Source: a virus (Duplodnaviria > Caudoviricetes). Taken from it: a DNA stretch of 40,681 nt. The position numbers and the translations under genes were made by a program. Positions 8,539 to 17,765 of the stretch are shown piece after piece (position 1 is the stretch's first letter; each line of letters begins with the position of its first letter). The notes under the pieces are model-generated. The model did no database searches. It saw only the letters and a list, made by a program, of their open reading frames with translations, and was not told where the DNA came from. The stretch covers positions 1 to 40,681 of IMG/VR virus record IMGVR_UViG_3300032225_000838. One strand, given 5' to 3'.

Positions 8539-10167
8539 TTATAATTCTTCTATTTCTTTTGGAATAACTATGTCTGGTGTGGAAAGCTCAAGAAGCCGCC
8601 CACTTGTAGGGTTATATTCTAAAGTAGAGCAAAGCCCTGTCTCTCCGCTCCATCTATTTTTTAAGACCCTTACATACGTCTGTAGCCGCTCTGCCGGGTT
8701 ACCTTGTTGGTTCCGCTCCAAGCCAATAACCATGTCTGACAACTGAGCAATACCAGCAGAACCCCGCAATTGAGATAGGCTTGTTGCCGCTCCTTCCTCA
8801 TGGCCCCGGCCCTCAGGCCGCTTTAAATGGCTAACAAGAATTAAACCCATTTTTAATTCCTCTACCAAAGAACGCAATCTAGTCATGGTATTGTCAATTA
8901 GCCTACGCTCATCACCTCCATCCATACCAGAAACTACAATTGATAAGTGGTCTAAGAAGATAAAGTCACACTCACAGGCCCTAACAAGGTAACGAATACG
9001 ATTTAATAAGTTATCTGAGTCAATGGAACCAAAATGGTCATAGGTAAAAAACTTACCGCTCCCAACAGTAGCTTCAAAGGTCTGCTTTAAATCATTCTCA
9101 TTGATTCCATTCATGCCCAAGTGAAGAGGTGAACTCATGCCAATACCCATAATCCCCAAGGCTGTGCGGCGTACACTCTCTTCAAGAGCTATGTACCCAA
9201 CCTTTTGATTATTAGTCAGAAGATAATGAGCCAACTCTCTACAAAATTGGCTTTTTCCAACCCCTGACCCGGCTGTAACTGTAACCAACTCACCCTTCCT
9301 AAGACCGTGTGTAAACCTAGTTAAACCGCTGAATGGGTAGTGAATAGCTGAACTCTGGTCCACCTTTGTAATCGTCTCCCAAAGGTCAGTACCAGCTACA
9401 ATTCCGTCAGGTCTAAAGGTTTTAGCTCCCCAGATAGCGTCAATCACCTCTGGTTCTCTACCAGCCAAAAGCATATCGTTAATGTCTTTAAGCGGTAGCG
9501 AAGCAATCTTAGCCTTTCCCGGGGACATAAGCCCGGCGCAAATAGTGGCGGCTTTCCTCCCGGCATCGTCAGAATCAAACATGAAAACAACCGTCTCAAA
9601 CTTTTCAAGCCAATCTACAGCCTTCTGTATGGCTGTAGGTGCGGCACTAGCTCCATTTGGGACAGATACTACAGGCCACTTGTTGTTATGGATATGGCTG
9701 AGTGATAGTGCGTCAATTTCCCCCTCAGTAACTACAATCATCTTGCCACCCTCACGCCACAAGTGTTGCCCATACAGGCCCATCTGTTTGCTATTACCAA
9801 TAATCCTAAAGTCTTTATTTGGAAACCTAAGCTTTTGGGCAACTATTTTGTTATCTTCGCTACGGTAGTTAGCAATCTGCACAGGAAAACCACCATAGGC
9901 CCCAACACGGTAATCCCACTTAGAACAAGTCTCTTTGCCTATTTTACGTTTAGTAAGATCAGTTAACTCTCCGTCTACAAAAGTTTCCATCGGGTTTTTA
10001 AATGAAGTTATTTCTGGCATAACGGTCCTTTCTCCTTTTCCATGAAAATAGGTACTGCACTTGAAACAGTAAGCATGGCCATCCTCATACATGGCTTTAG
10101 CATCGGAGGAGCCACACTTCTCACAAGGGCTATGACCTATAAATTTACTTTTCTCTAATTCAGTCAT
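8539..10167 (-). CDS. Primase/helicase (T7 gp4-like)
   Basis: Zn ribbon CEKC..CFKC, TOPRIM EGEIDA/FDSDDAG, Walker A GSGVGKS, DHLS, LRGS, KNR..GETG; start probably MTELEK at 10167. Confidence 0.96.
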   Translation of the reverse strand: MTELEKSKFIGHSPCEKCGSSDAKAMYEDGHAYCFKCSTYFHGKGERTVMPEITSFKNPMETFVDGELTDLTKRKIGKETCSKWDYRVGAYGGFPVQIANYRSEDNKIVAQKLRFPNKDFRIIGNSKQMGLYGQHLWREGGKMIVVTEGEIDALSLSHIHNNKWPVVSVPNGASAAPTAIQKAVDWLEKFETVVFMFDSDDAGRKAATICAGLMSPGKAKIASLPLKDINDMLLAGREPEVIDAIWGAKTFRPDGIVAGTDLWETITKVDQSSAIHYPFSGLTRFTHGLRKGELVTVTAGSGVGKSQFCRELAHYLLTNNQKVGYIALEESVRRTALGIMGIGMSSPLHLGMNGINENDLKQTFEATVGSGKFFTYDHFGSIDSDNLLNRIRYLVRACECDFIFLDHLSIVVSGMDGGDERRLIDNTMTRLRSLVEELKMGLILVSHLKRPEGRGHEEGAATSLSQLRGSAGIAQLSDMVIGLERNQQGNPAERLQTYVRVLKNRWSGETGLCSTLEYNPTSGRLLELSTPDIVIPKEIEEL

Positions 10168-10366
10168 TTTTATTGTTTTTAAGCCACTCATTAGGAGTCT
10201 TAGACATTTGTACGCTTAGTGCCTTGTCAGCGTTATTAACGTGTTCAAGGCAATCCAAGCATATACTTTGTCCATTAGGAACAGCCGGGTTAAATCCAAG
10301 TTTAGCTTTGCAAACTAGACAAAAATCGTCAGGCCCCGGTTTGTTCTTCTCGATAAAAAGGCTCAT
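10160..10366 (-). CDS. Small CxxC/CxxC zinc-finger-like hypothetical protein
   Basis: CLVC...CLDC; packed between neighbouring genes. Confidence 0.55.
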   Translation of the reverse strand: MSLFIEKNKPGPDDFCLVCKAKLGFNPAVPNGQSICLDCLEHVNNADKALSVQMSKTPNEWLKNNKND

Positions 10367-10369
10367 TGT

Positions 10370-10699
10370 CTAAGCCGCCACCTCCTTCCCTAACTCAGTT
10401 TTGAGCCTGTCTAGCTCACCTACCAATTGAGTATTTGTTTCAATTAACTCTTTTAACATAGCCCGGTAATCGTGCATGATCGGGCCAACTTTCTCATAAT
10501 ACTTAACTACAGTAGTTAGGACATCGAAGTACCACTTATAAGTCTGTATGAGTTTAGTTATCTCTTCATTCCCGGCATAAGTTTTTAGCAACTCTGGGAT
10601 GCTCTTAGCCTGTATGTAGCCATCTGGTAAAGGAGGCAACTTACAATTAGCTGTTACATATAGCGGGTGGTCAAGCAGGTCTTTGTTTATCTCCATCAT
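10370..10699 (-). CDS. Hypothetical protein with C-terminal coiled coil
   Basis: Fills the gap in the minus-strand operon; GGAG RBS. Confidence 0.6.
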   Translation of the reverse strand: MMEINKDLLDHPLYVTANCKLPPLPDGYIQAKSIPELLKTYAGNEEITKLIQTYKWYFDVLTTVVKYYEKVGPIMHDYRAMLKELIETNTQLVGELDRLKTELGKEVAA

Positions 10700-11087
10700 T
10701 TTTTATCCACTCCTCAGGGATTTTCCCTTCTGCCCACATGATTCCGTTTGCTGTTGCCCATTCCCCATACGTAGTAGAACTCTGTTTTGACAAGCGTTGG
10801 CTTGCCCTTTGAAACACTATCCGTAGGTCTAGCCCCGGATTCTGTTTCTTTACAGCTTTCAGCTTCGCACGATCTGAGGGAACGAAATAGCCCTTGGCTT
10901 CCAACAGAAACGGTCTCTGCGTGTGCAAAAGGAAATCTGGTTTGTATTTGCATACCTTTACGTATCCAATAATTTTCGCTTCGTACCCAAACTTGACACC
11001 AGAAGTTTCCAACTGGTGTGCAAGCTTGGATTCAAATTGGGACCTGTATTTAGAAATCCCCTGTGATTTTCGGTTCAGCCACTTCAT
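10671..11087 (-). CDS. Endonuclease I / Holliday junction resolvase (T7 gp3-like)
   Basis: YRSQFE, YKPDF, LEAKG.F...DR.K, LDLRIVFQ, TTYGEWA, IPEEW motifs. Confidence 0.92.
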   Translation of the reverse strand: MKWLNRKSQGISKYRSQFESKLAHQLETSGVKFGYEAKIIGYVKVCKYKPDFLLHTQRPFLLEAKGYFVPSDRAKLKAVKKQNPGLDLRIVFQRASQRLSKQSSTTYGEWATANGIMWAEGKIPEEWIKNDGDKQRPA

Positions 11088-11709
11088 TATTGTCCTCTGT
11101 CTTTGGCGCACCAAAAGCAGAGTCAGGGAACGATTCTCCCCCGGCTACAAAACCCTCTTCTTCTGGGGTAAACCCAAAGTTAGAGGCATTTCCTCCGCTA
11201 TACTGGTGCAATTCAAAAACTTGAACTGCTTTGCAACGCAAGCTTACGCCGCAACCAAGTAGGGGAGTAAACCAAGGATAGACCTCGGCGGCTACTTTAA
11301 GAGTAGAACCACCACCAACCCTGTCTTGAATTGCATTACCTTTAGAGTCAAACAAAGCGGGACGCTGTTCCCAAGACTGCCCTGTTTTCTTGCTCACAAT
11401 CTTTGCGGCAAGGGTAAACTTAATTTCAACGTCCCCGGTTTCTACCCCGGAGTCATTCGTCACCTTTTTCCAAGGCATCTCCGCTGTTTTCAACTCCTTC
11501 TTCTTTTCCTTTGTACAGGTATCTTTGTAGTGTCTCACAAAGACTTCCTTAACCGCTTGAATAAACGGCTCGGCTTCCTCACGTTTGCAAACTAGGCGAA
11601 CAGAGTACTCTCCGTCTGCCTTGAATTTTTTGTCAGGCTCATTAAGCTTCGGATACTTAGCAGTACCCTTCGGGCTGACAACCCGCATTAATTTTGGTCT
11701 CTCATTCAT
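11050..11709 (-). CDS. ssDNA-binding protein (T7 gp2.5-like)
   Basis: SPKG.A.YP.L..PD..F, VGGGS.LKV, GVSLR..AVQV; acidic tail ending GDF. Confidence 0.92.
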   Translation of the reverse strand: MNERPKLMRVVSPKGTAKYPKLNEPDKKFKADGEYSVRLVCKREEAEPFIQAVKEVFVRHYKDTCTKEKKKELKTAEMPWKKVTNDSGVETGDVEIKFTLAAKIVSKKTGQSWEQRPALFDSKGNAIQDRVGGGSTLKVAAEVYPWFTPLLGCGVSLRCKAVQVFELHQYSGGNASNFGFTPEEEGFVAGGESFPDSAFGAPKTEDNNEVAEPKITGDF

Positions 11710-11725
11710 TTTTGTTTCTCCTTAT

Positions 11726-14137
11726 TTACGAAAAGAAGTAGTTGCTTAACTCCAACTTGGAAACGTCTAAGTCCCCAAGTTTCGGGAGGGGAGGTAATAT
11801 GCAACTATGTCTCTTCATTTTGTTGGCTCCTTCTATGTATTTATTTATCTCCTCCCGAAATTTATTTAGCAAGTTTTCTCTAAATATTTTTGCGTATACC
11901 TTGCGAAGAGTTTCAGCCATTGACTTAGCGTCAGCGGCTACCACCCCGAAGGAATCATGTATCATGGCAAAGTTTTTAATTTCTGGCAAGTCAAAAACAG
12001 TCTGATGCAAACAGGCAGAATCCAGAGAGTGAACGTAGTTAGGACTGATGCCGTTAACTTGGCGGCGCATACTCATTTTTCTCTGGTCAACGGCAAGCTT
12101 ATGGTATCTCACCTTCCCGGCCAAAGTTGACTTAACCATTTTAGTCAAGCTTTTTGGGTAGTCTTGCACAACCGGGAAACCGCTGGGAGTTACCCAACGA
12201 ATATCTATTTTTGCTTTGCAACAGGCCCGGGCCACTTGCTGAAACCAGCCCATACATTCCTGAGCCTTACCTACTACTTCCTTAATGCTGGCCCATACAA
12301 TAGGAGTCAGATAGACGCAAGCTCTAAATGAAGTTACGTCAGCCGGGAAGGAACGCTTTAAAAGCTCTTCGTCAAGCCATTCCTCAAGATAAATTCTGCA
12401 AGCAGTATAAGTGCCACCATAAGGAAGAATCATTACAGGCCGCTTAGTTGTCTTTCTAGTAATACCAAACTGCAACCAAGCCCTAGCCAAACTATCATCT
12501 TTTTCCTTAAGCTTCTCAATTACTCTATGGGCTACGTCAGCGTATATGTCCCGGGGATGCGTACTAGGTAAGCAGTTAGTAGCCTCGGCCCCATCCGTAT
12601 CCCTCATAAGTAAGGATAGAATCTGCAAGCCGTTGTTACTGGCATCTAAACTTATAGGCAATCTACTTACAAACTTACCACCCTTTTCAACTGCCTCGCC
12701 AAACTCAAACACCCATGCAAGGAATTGCCAAGGCTCATCAGCGGCAGACCAAAAGTCCACGTTACCTAATGGGTCCTTAGCTGTACTTAAAATGGCTTTT
12801 TTATTTTCATCTACCCATCCGATACGTTCCTCAAGAGGGGCTTTGTCTAAGCCATAGCAGTTAGCCCCATGAAGCTTAAGGTATGCCCAAGCTGTTTCGT
12901 CTAATTTCTTACCTTCTTTAAATATCAATAAACCCCGGGCAAGGTCCGTACCCTGAGGAGTTAAGAAGTACGGTAAAGCGTACACCCTACCTCTGAAATC
13001 AATTTGATAAGGAAAGTAAATAGCCTCTGCATCTTGAAGCTTCTTAGCCAACGTTACAGTCCGGGCTACCTGCAATCTTTTGCTTTTGTTCTTTGCATTA
13101 AATTCGTAAACCTTGGCGGCTTGTCTCTTCCATGCCTTTCTTGCATCAGAATTATCAGCTATGTCTAGCGGCTTTGTTGGTATCTCCATCAAATTGCTGT
13201 TTGGTAATACGTTGTTTGCCGTGTATCCGTTATCCCAAAAGTGACATACAATATCCAAAAGCTTTTTATTAATAATCCACTTTGTCCCCTGCATACGGTT
13301 AATTGCCTCGTATACAACAGGCATAGAATGGTTTTCAATAAGCCGCTTGAATGCCCTGTTACGTGTTTTAACAATGCAAGGCCGCTCAGAAAACACACCG
13401 TCACCATAGCCACCACCATAGGGGTTTCCGTCCTTCCAAACCTTAGGCGGCTCCACCATAGGCATGAGGGTAGGGTTTAACTGTTCATTAAACTTATCGT
13501 ACTTTTCAATCCAATCTGCTGTTATGGATGAGGCTACAATGTAGCTACACTTTTTATTCCCTCTCTCATACATAGCCTCAATATCTATGAGTCCTGTAGC
13601 CTTCCTAAATACTTCAATACAGGCCATGCCCAAGTGAAGCTTCTCAGTAGGAGTCCACCATTTCCAAACAAACCCGGCTTGCTTTACACGATGATTAGCT
13701 ACAAGCCGCCTAAGAGAATACCCAATTTTCCTATCGCATTCTAAACGAATTGCTCTCCATGTCTCAGGCTTTTCTTTGTGCATCTTAGTGAACCGAGCCT
13801 CATCCTCTAAGGCCGCACCAATGGCTATGGCAGTAGCTGTGAGTGGGCGGCGGCTACTGATACAGTCAAGTAAACAACGGCACACAATAAAGCTAGATAG
13901 CTCTGGCTGAAACAGGTCCAACAGTTTAACGCTAGAGTGGTTTACCCCGGGTTTTGTTTTGGCCTGTTTAATCCATTGAGCCATCTCAACTGAAACATCA
14001 TGGACAGAATTACGCAACAAGGTAGCCCCGGCAGAACTAGCAGTTTCCCGCTGTTTGCTTTTGGCTTGGTTGGTCTTGGAACGGTACTTGGTAATACCTT
14101 CCGAAACCATCTCCTTGTTGAGTACTTCTTGCTTCAC
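11726..14137 (-). CDS. Single-subunit DNA-directed RNA polymerase (T7 gp1-like)
   Basis: DFRGRVY, DASNNGLQ, RKTTKRPVMILPYG, PNYVHSLD, IHDSFG motifs; C-terminal YFFS. Confidence 0.97.
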   Translation of the reverse strand: MKQEVLNKEMVSEGITKYRSKTNQAKSKQRETASSAGATLLRNSVHDVSVEMAQWIKQAKTKPGVNHSSVKLLDLFQPELSSFIVCRCLLDCISSRRPLTATAIAIGAALEDEARFTKMHKEKPETWRAIRLECDRKIGYSLRRLVANHRVKQAGFVWKWWTPTEKLHLGMACIEVFRKATGLIDIEAMYERGNKKCSYIVASSITADWIEKYDKFNEQLNPTLMPMVEPPKVWKDGNPYGGGYGDGVFSERPCIVKTRNRAFKRLIENHSMPVVYEAINRMQGTKWIINKKLLDIVCHFWDNGYTANNVLPNSNLMEIPTKPLDIADNSDARKAWKRQAAKVYEFNAKNKSKRLQVARTVTLAKKLQDAEAIYFPYQIDFRGRVYALPYFLTPQGTDLARGLLIFKEGKKLDETAWAYLKLHGANCYGLDKAPLEERIGWVDENKKAILSTAKDPLGNVDFWSAADEPWQFLAWVFEFGEAVEKGGKFVSRLPISLDASNNGLQILSLLMRDTDGAEATNCLPSTHPRDIYADVAHRVIEKLKEKDDSLARAWLQFGITRKTTKRPVMILPYGGTYTACRIYLEEWLDEELLKRSFPADVTSFRACVYLTPIVWASIKEVVGKAQECMGWFQQVARACCKAKIDIRWVTPSGFPVVQDYPKSLTKMVKSTLAGKVRYHKLAVDQRKMSMRRQVNGISPNYVHSLDSACLHQTVFDLPEIKNFAMIHDSFGVVAADAKSMAETLRKVYAKIFRENLLNKFREEINKYIEGANKMKRHSCILPPLPKLGDLDVSKLELSNYFFS

Positions 14138-14373
14138 TTAAAATCTATGTATGAAGCACCAACAGTAGTGTGAGTGGGTACGCCCTGCTCAGGGTTTTTA
14201 TACCAGTTAACACAACGCTCCATTAAATCATTCTCCCTTAGCTCTGCGGCTACCAAGGCAGACTTAATTTCATCACGTTCCCTTTCAAGGCTATCGCACT
14301 TTTCTTTTAGAGAGTTAATCGTCTTAACTAATGTGGATACAGTTTCGGCTAACACCGATTCAATCTTGTTCAT
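14134..14373 (-). CDS. Hypothetical coiled-coil protein
   Basis: AAGGAG RBS; ATGA overlap with the RNAP start. Confidence 0.65.
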   Translation of the reverse strand: MNKIESVLAETVSTLVKTINSLKEKCDSLERERDEIKSALVAAELRENDLMERCVNWYKNPEQGVPTHTTVGASYIDFK

Positions 14374-14383
14374 TTTTAGCTCC

Positions 14384-15211
14384 TTATTCTAAGGCTTGGG
14401 TTGCTTGTTTCAGTTGGGCTGGGCAAAGGTGGGCATAGCGCATCGTTATCTGGATGCTCTTATGGCCCAAGTATTCTTTCACCGTTAGGATTGGAATACC
14501 TGCTTGCACCAATCTGCTTGCACACGTATGCCGCAAGGCATGGGGTACAAATTCTTTATCAGTAGCGAGGCTCATAATGCCCCGGGCTTCATTCCAAGCA
14601 TGATTAAATGTAGATTGGCTAATCATACCAAAAGGCTTTGCGTCTCCACTAGCCTTCCTTTCATTTAGCATTTGTTTTAACCGCTTAGTAAGTGGAATGG
14701 TCCGGGCTTCTCCATTTTTGGTGTCCCAAAAAGTAGCGTTTCCATCTTGAATGTCTTTCCACTCAAGCCGCAAGGCTTCGCCAACCCTAGCCCCGGTGTC
14801 CACTAAAAACAGACTAAGCCGGGCAAGCTCTGGCCTATTCATTTGAATAAAAGTCTCAAGCAACAACGTTTCTTCTCCATGACTAAGGTATCTAATCCTA
14901 TTCTTGGACTCCTTATTCTTAATGATGTTAGGCACTCGCTCTATCCACTCCATGTTGTAGGCATACCTAAGTATCTTGCTTATTGACGCAAGCTTTCGGT
15001 TTACAGTTGCACTACTGTTACCAGCATCAACAAGACTCTTTACATAACCCTCAATCTTTTCGGCAGTTATATTCTTAAGTAAGGTATCTTCACCAAAGAA
15101 CTTTAAGGCAAACCCTCCGTTACGCATGGAGCCAACCTCGTTCTTTGACCCTGCCCAATACCGGGCAACAACACCATCGTAAGCGTCTTTAAACTTCTTG
15201 TTTGTAGTCAT
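14384..15211 (-). CDS. int: Tyrosine recombinase / phage integrase
   Basis: Complete catalytic set: TGAR, TKNG, HALRH, LGH, MRY; SATVNRKLA core-binding motif. Confidence 0.93.
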   Translation of the reverse strand: MTTNKKFKDAYDGVVARYWAGSKNEVGSMRNGGFALKFFGEDTLLKNITAEKIEGYVKSLVDAGNSSATVNRKLASISKILRYAYNMEWIERVPNIIKNKESKNRIRYLSHGEETLLLETFIQMNRPELARLSLFLVDTGARVGEALRLEWKDIQDGNATFWDTKNGEARTIPLTKRLKQMLNERKASGDAKPFGMISQSTFNHAWNEARGIMSLATDKEFVPHALRHTCASRLVQAGIPILTVKEYLGHKSIQITMRYAHLCPAQLKQATQALE

Positions 15212-15380
15212 TTTTTAGGTCCTCTTCTACAACCCAACCCTCAGGCAGATACTCAGCGTAAGGTAAGCCCTCTCCAATATAGGCAAACTGCTGGTTTGTT
15301 GCTTTATTTACTAACACCCACCCACCGTCAGCAACAGGACGAAGGATAGCTACTTTTTTATTCTCTACAGGTTTACTCAT
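15189..15380 (-). CDS. Hypothetical early protein
   Basis: ATGA overlap and GAGGAG RBS. Confidence 0.6.
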   Translation of the reverse strand: MSKPVENKKVAILRPVADGGWVLVNKATNQQFAYIGEGLPYAEYLPEGWVVEEDLKNDYKQEV

Positions 15381-15748
15381 TTTTTCTCCTCTTTTTGGTT
15401 TGTTCCGACAACAAGTACACTAAACCCCAACAACAAAAGAATCTTTCTTATCTTTCGATTTTCTTGAATGTCAGGGCCGCTAACACGTACCATCTTCTTC
15501 TGCTTAAAGAATGTCCAAACAGAGCGTCCATCCGGGCATATCCAGCATCCACCATCCTTAACCTTAAGAATTAAGTCTATTACGTGTGCTAACTCATAAG
15601 GGTTAGGCTTCCAACTAGTATTCTTCACAGCAAAATTATAAAAAATTTTTTTCTTACAGCCATCTAACTCAATTTTTTTATTTTCACCTATTAGTGATTT
15701 TAATGCCTCCTCCTTAATAGGCAACTCTGAAAAATTAGTGACATTCAT
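15377..15748 (-). CDS. Hypothetical early protein
   Basis: ATGA-coupled chain of ORFs. Confidence 0.6.
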   Translation of the reverse strand: MNVTNFSELPIKEEALKSLIGENKKIELDGCKKKIFYNFAVKNTSWKPNPYELAHVIDLILKVKDGGCWICPDGRSVWTFFKQKKMVRVSGPDIQENRKIRKILLLLGFSVLVVGTNQKEEKK

Positions 15749-15960
15749 TTTTTAATGTCCTCTTGTTTTTCAGAAGGCTTAACAATTCCAAACATCCTAG
15801 CCTGTACGTCTACGTCAGCATTTAGAGCAGAGTTTTCACGAATGCGGCGTAAGACATGAGCCTTGTATTTAATGGTTTCATTTATCTCCTTAGCAAAGCT
15901 ACTCCGGGCAATAGCCGCCCTCTTTGCTGAAAACCATATCCCACCTGCGTTGTTCTTCAT
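15745..15960 (-). CDS. Hypothetical early protein
   Basis: ATGA-coupled chain of ORFs. Confidence 0.6.
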   Translation of the reverse strand: MKNNAGGIWFSAKRAAIARSSFAKEINETIKYKAHVLRRIRENSALNADVDVQARMFGIVKPSEKQEDIKK

Positions 15961-16139
15961 ACAGTCATTTTGAATGATACTTCAATATGCTCGCTTTGGT
16001 TTCGCTTCCTTGAGCGATTTAACAAAAGCAAAATAACGCATATTGAATCAGTAAGTGTGTTATCCAATTTATCGACCTCTTTTAAAAGCTCACACACCTT
16101 GTCAAGTTTATCAGACGCAATCTGGTTAGTGTCGCTCAT
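15957..16139 (-). CDS. Hypothetical early protein
   Basis: ATGA-coupled; AAGGGG RBS. Confidence 0.55.
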   Translation of the reverse strand: MSDTNQIASDKLDKVCELLKEVDKLDNTLTDSICVILLLLNRSRKRNQSEHIEVSFKMTV

Positions 16140-16411
16140 TTAGTTGTCCCCTTTTTAGTCATCTCATAAGGCACGTAATCAGACAGGTGAAACTCCGGGT
16201 AAGTCTTATATCTTCCGTACTTCATGCTGTTATGCACAGCCGTAATCAGAATATTTAGTGCGTCAGCACATTCACTCATAGCGGTGTCATACACGTATAT
16301 TTCTGTTTTGATACCATCAATCTCAACCCAAAAATGCCACTCGTGAGAAGAAATGTTGTGATGTTTATGTATGACTTTGCTGATCTCATCTCTTGTCATT
16401 TGGTGCATCAT
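16136..16411 (-). CDS. Hypothetical early protein (start revised to MMHQ)
   Basis: ATG at 16411 overlaps the stop of the upstream 33-aa ORF (ATGA). Confidence 0.6.
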   Translation of the reverse strand: MMHQMTRDEISKVIHKHHNISSHEWHFWVEIDGIKTEIYVYDTAMSECADALNILITAVHNSMKYGRYKTYPEFHLSDYVPYEMTKKGTTK

Positions 16412-16509
16412 AAAAGCACCGCCAATAGAACTAGCACAACGAACATCGCAGAGGTCCATCCGAGTAGAAATGCCTTTGCGAAGGCAAATTGTTTTTTTGT
16501 TATTTTCAT
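16408..16509 (-). CDS. 33-aa single-pass membrane peptide (not in ORF track)
   Basis: MKITKKQFAFAKAFLLGWTSAMFVVLVLLAVLL; GAGGAG RBS; ATGA coupling downstream. Confidence 0.6.
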   Translation of the reverse strand: MKITKKQFAFAKAFLLGWTSAMFVVLVLLAVLL

Positions 16510-16578
16510 TTTTCTCCTCTATAGCCGCCAGTTGTTTGTGAGTTGGTTAGCTCCTCAACCTTCCAACTCCTGTCAGCT

Positions 16579-16678
16579 ACACGTATATTTATCGCCAACA
16601 CGAAAAGAGGTCAAGGGATTTTTTTACTTTTCTAAAAAATCTTTTATCCCCAACACGTATGGCTTCGCCAACACGTAT
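16579..16678. repeat. Four direct repeats of (CGCCA)ACACG(TAT)
   Basis: ACACG cores at 16579, 16598, 16653 and 16671 (two pairs with 19- and 18-bp spacing). Confidence 0.6.
16586..16614 (-). promoter_or_regulatory. Putative host sigma70 promoter for the small-gene/int/RNAP operon
   Basis: TTGACC-N17-TAAATA with an A-rich UP-like tract upstream; the -10 is imperfect. Confidence 0.5.
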
Positions 16679-16767
16679 AGTAACTGATGATAGTAAACAG
16701 AATATTTTGGGTTTGTGGATATTTAACGTTATTAATATTTAACTAAGTTAAGTATTTTTAAAGGCAT

Positions 16768-16808
16768 AAAAAACCGGGGCAAGGTTTTAAGGCCCGGCCC
16801 CGGCTTTT
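16768..16808 (-). terminator. Intrinsic terminator hairpin, possibly bidirectional
   Basis: GCCGGGGC...GCCCCGGT stem followed by a T-run; T-run on the other strand as well. Confidence 0.7.
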
Positions 16809-16820
16809 ACCCTAAGCGGC

Positions 16821-16901
16821 TTATTTATTTACCACGCCAAGGGCCAACAGGCCCCAAGCTAGGAGAGAAGCGGCTAGGAATATGATTTCTGGTGCGCTCA
16901 T
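16821..16901 (-). CDS. 26-aa hydrophobic peptide (not in ORF track)
   Basis: MSAPEIIFLAASLLAWGLLALGVVNK; GGGAGG RBS; lies between the Gp88-like stop and the terminator. Confidence 0.5.
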   Translation of the reverse strand: MSAPEIIFLAASLLAWGLLALGVVNK

Positions 16902-16919
16902 ATTGAATGCCTCCCGGGT

Positions 16920-17684
16920 TCAATGCGCTAGGTAAGCAACGTTTAAAACGTTCTTATCCCAACAGCGGCGGCAATCCATACAGCGGTCACCCTGCCGGGG
17001 AGCCGGGCAGTCACTTTTGACTTTCTCCCGGGTCACCGTAGAGCAAACCCCTCCAATCCTTTCAGCTAGGAGTTTAGATGGGGGAGCGTCAACAAAGTAC
17101 GCTGACAGCCTCACCGTTAGGTTGGGCGGGATGATTCCTCCCTGTGCTTGGTAGGTTTGGATAATCCCGGCTTCTCTGGTGGGGAGCCAAAAGGCAACCC
17201 CGGGCAGGAGCGTAGCGACTAGGCAGATTTTCCGAAGATGGGCAACGTTTTGAACGTCCCCGGAATCGTGCCAGCGAAAGAAAGCGTTTCCCTCGCATTT
17301 TAAAAGATACACCATCGCTTCTACCCATCGCTCATTCTTAAGCGATTGGAGCCGCCTTTCCATCGCTTTCACCGTGTTGGGCCATCTGTAGTTTCCCCGG
17401 TCTGCATAGCATATCTCGCAAGTTGAGCCGGGGACCTTGGCAAGCTTCCACCCTACGTTGCAAGCGTAGGTGGGCAGATTATAAGCCGGGCAAGGCATTT
17501 TCCGGGGCCATGACAAGCCGCCGCAAAGATGAAACGCCAGCCGCTCCGACATAGGCCCGGCAAGGTCAAGGGGCGGCAATTCCTTAGCCTTTTTCTTGGG
17601 TTTGGGTTTGGTGCGGGGTTTTTCAAGGGTGACAAGTAGCGGCTGACCGTCAATTTTCACGATTTTTTTTGCTAGTTTTTTCAT
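16920..17684 (-). CDS. Gp88-like Cys-rich phage protein
   Basis: KMP...LP..AC..G.KL...GS.C..CYA..GNY, FRWHDSGD, WLPTRE, NL.VRLSA, C.A..Q...C..CR.CW motifs. Confidence 0.75.
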   Translation of the reverse strand: MKKLAKKIVKIDGQPLLVTLEKPRTKPKPKKKAKELPPLDLAGPMSERLAFHLCGGLSWPRKMPCPAYNLPTYACNVGWKLAKVPGSTCEICYADRGNYRWPNTVKAMERRLQSLKNERWVEAMVYLLKCEGNAFFRWHDSGDVQNVAHLRKICLVATLLPGVAFWLPTREAGIIQTYQAQGGIIPPNLTVRLSAYFVDAPPSKLLAERIGGVCSTVTREKVKSDCPAPRQGDRCMDCRRCWDKNVLNVAYLAH

Positions 17685-17710
17685 TTTTAATTTTCTCCTA
17701 TAAATGGACC

Positions 17711-17743
17711 AACCGGGGCTAGGCTACAGGCCCGGCCCCGGCT
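17711..17743 (-). promoter_or_regulatory. Intergenic GC-rich hairpin (possible RNase III site)
   Basis: AGCCGGGGC-C-GGGC-CUGUA-GCCU-A-GCCCCGGUU; related in sequence to the 16768-16808 hairpin; no U-tract. Confidence 0.5.
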
Positions 17744-17765
17744 GTTCCGTGATAGTTTGTGATAG

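Noticed and set aside
16721-16748. dif-like site (TAACGTTAAAT resembles a XerD arm)
   Set aside because: The partner arm ACTTAGTTAAA does not fit a XerC arm; better explained as an AT-rich ATATTTAAC direct repeat.
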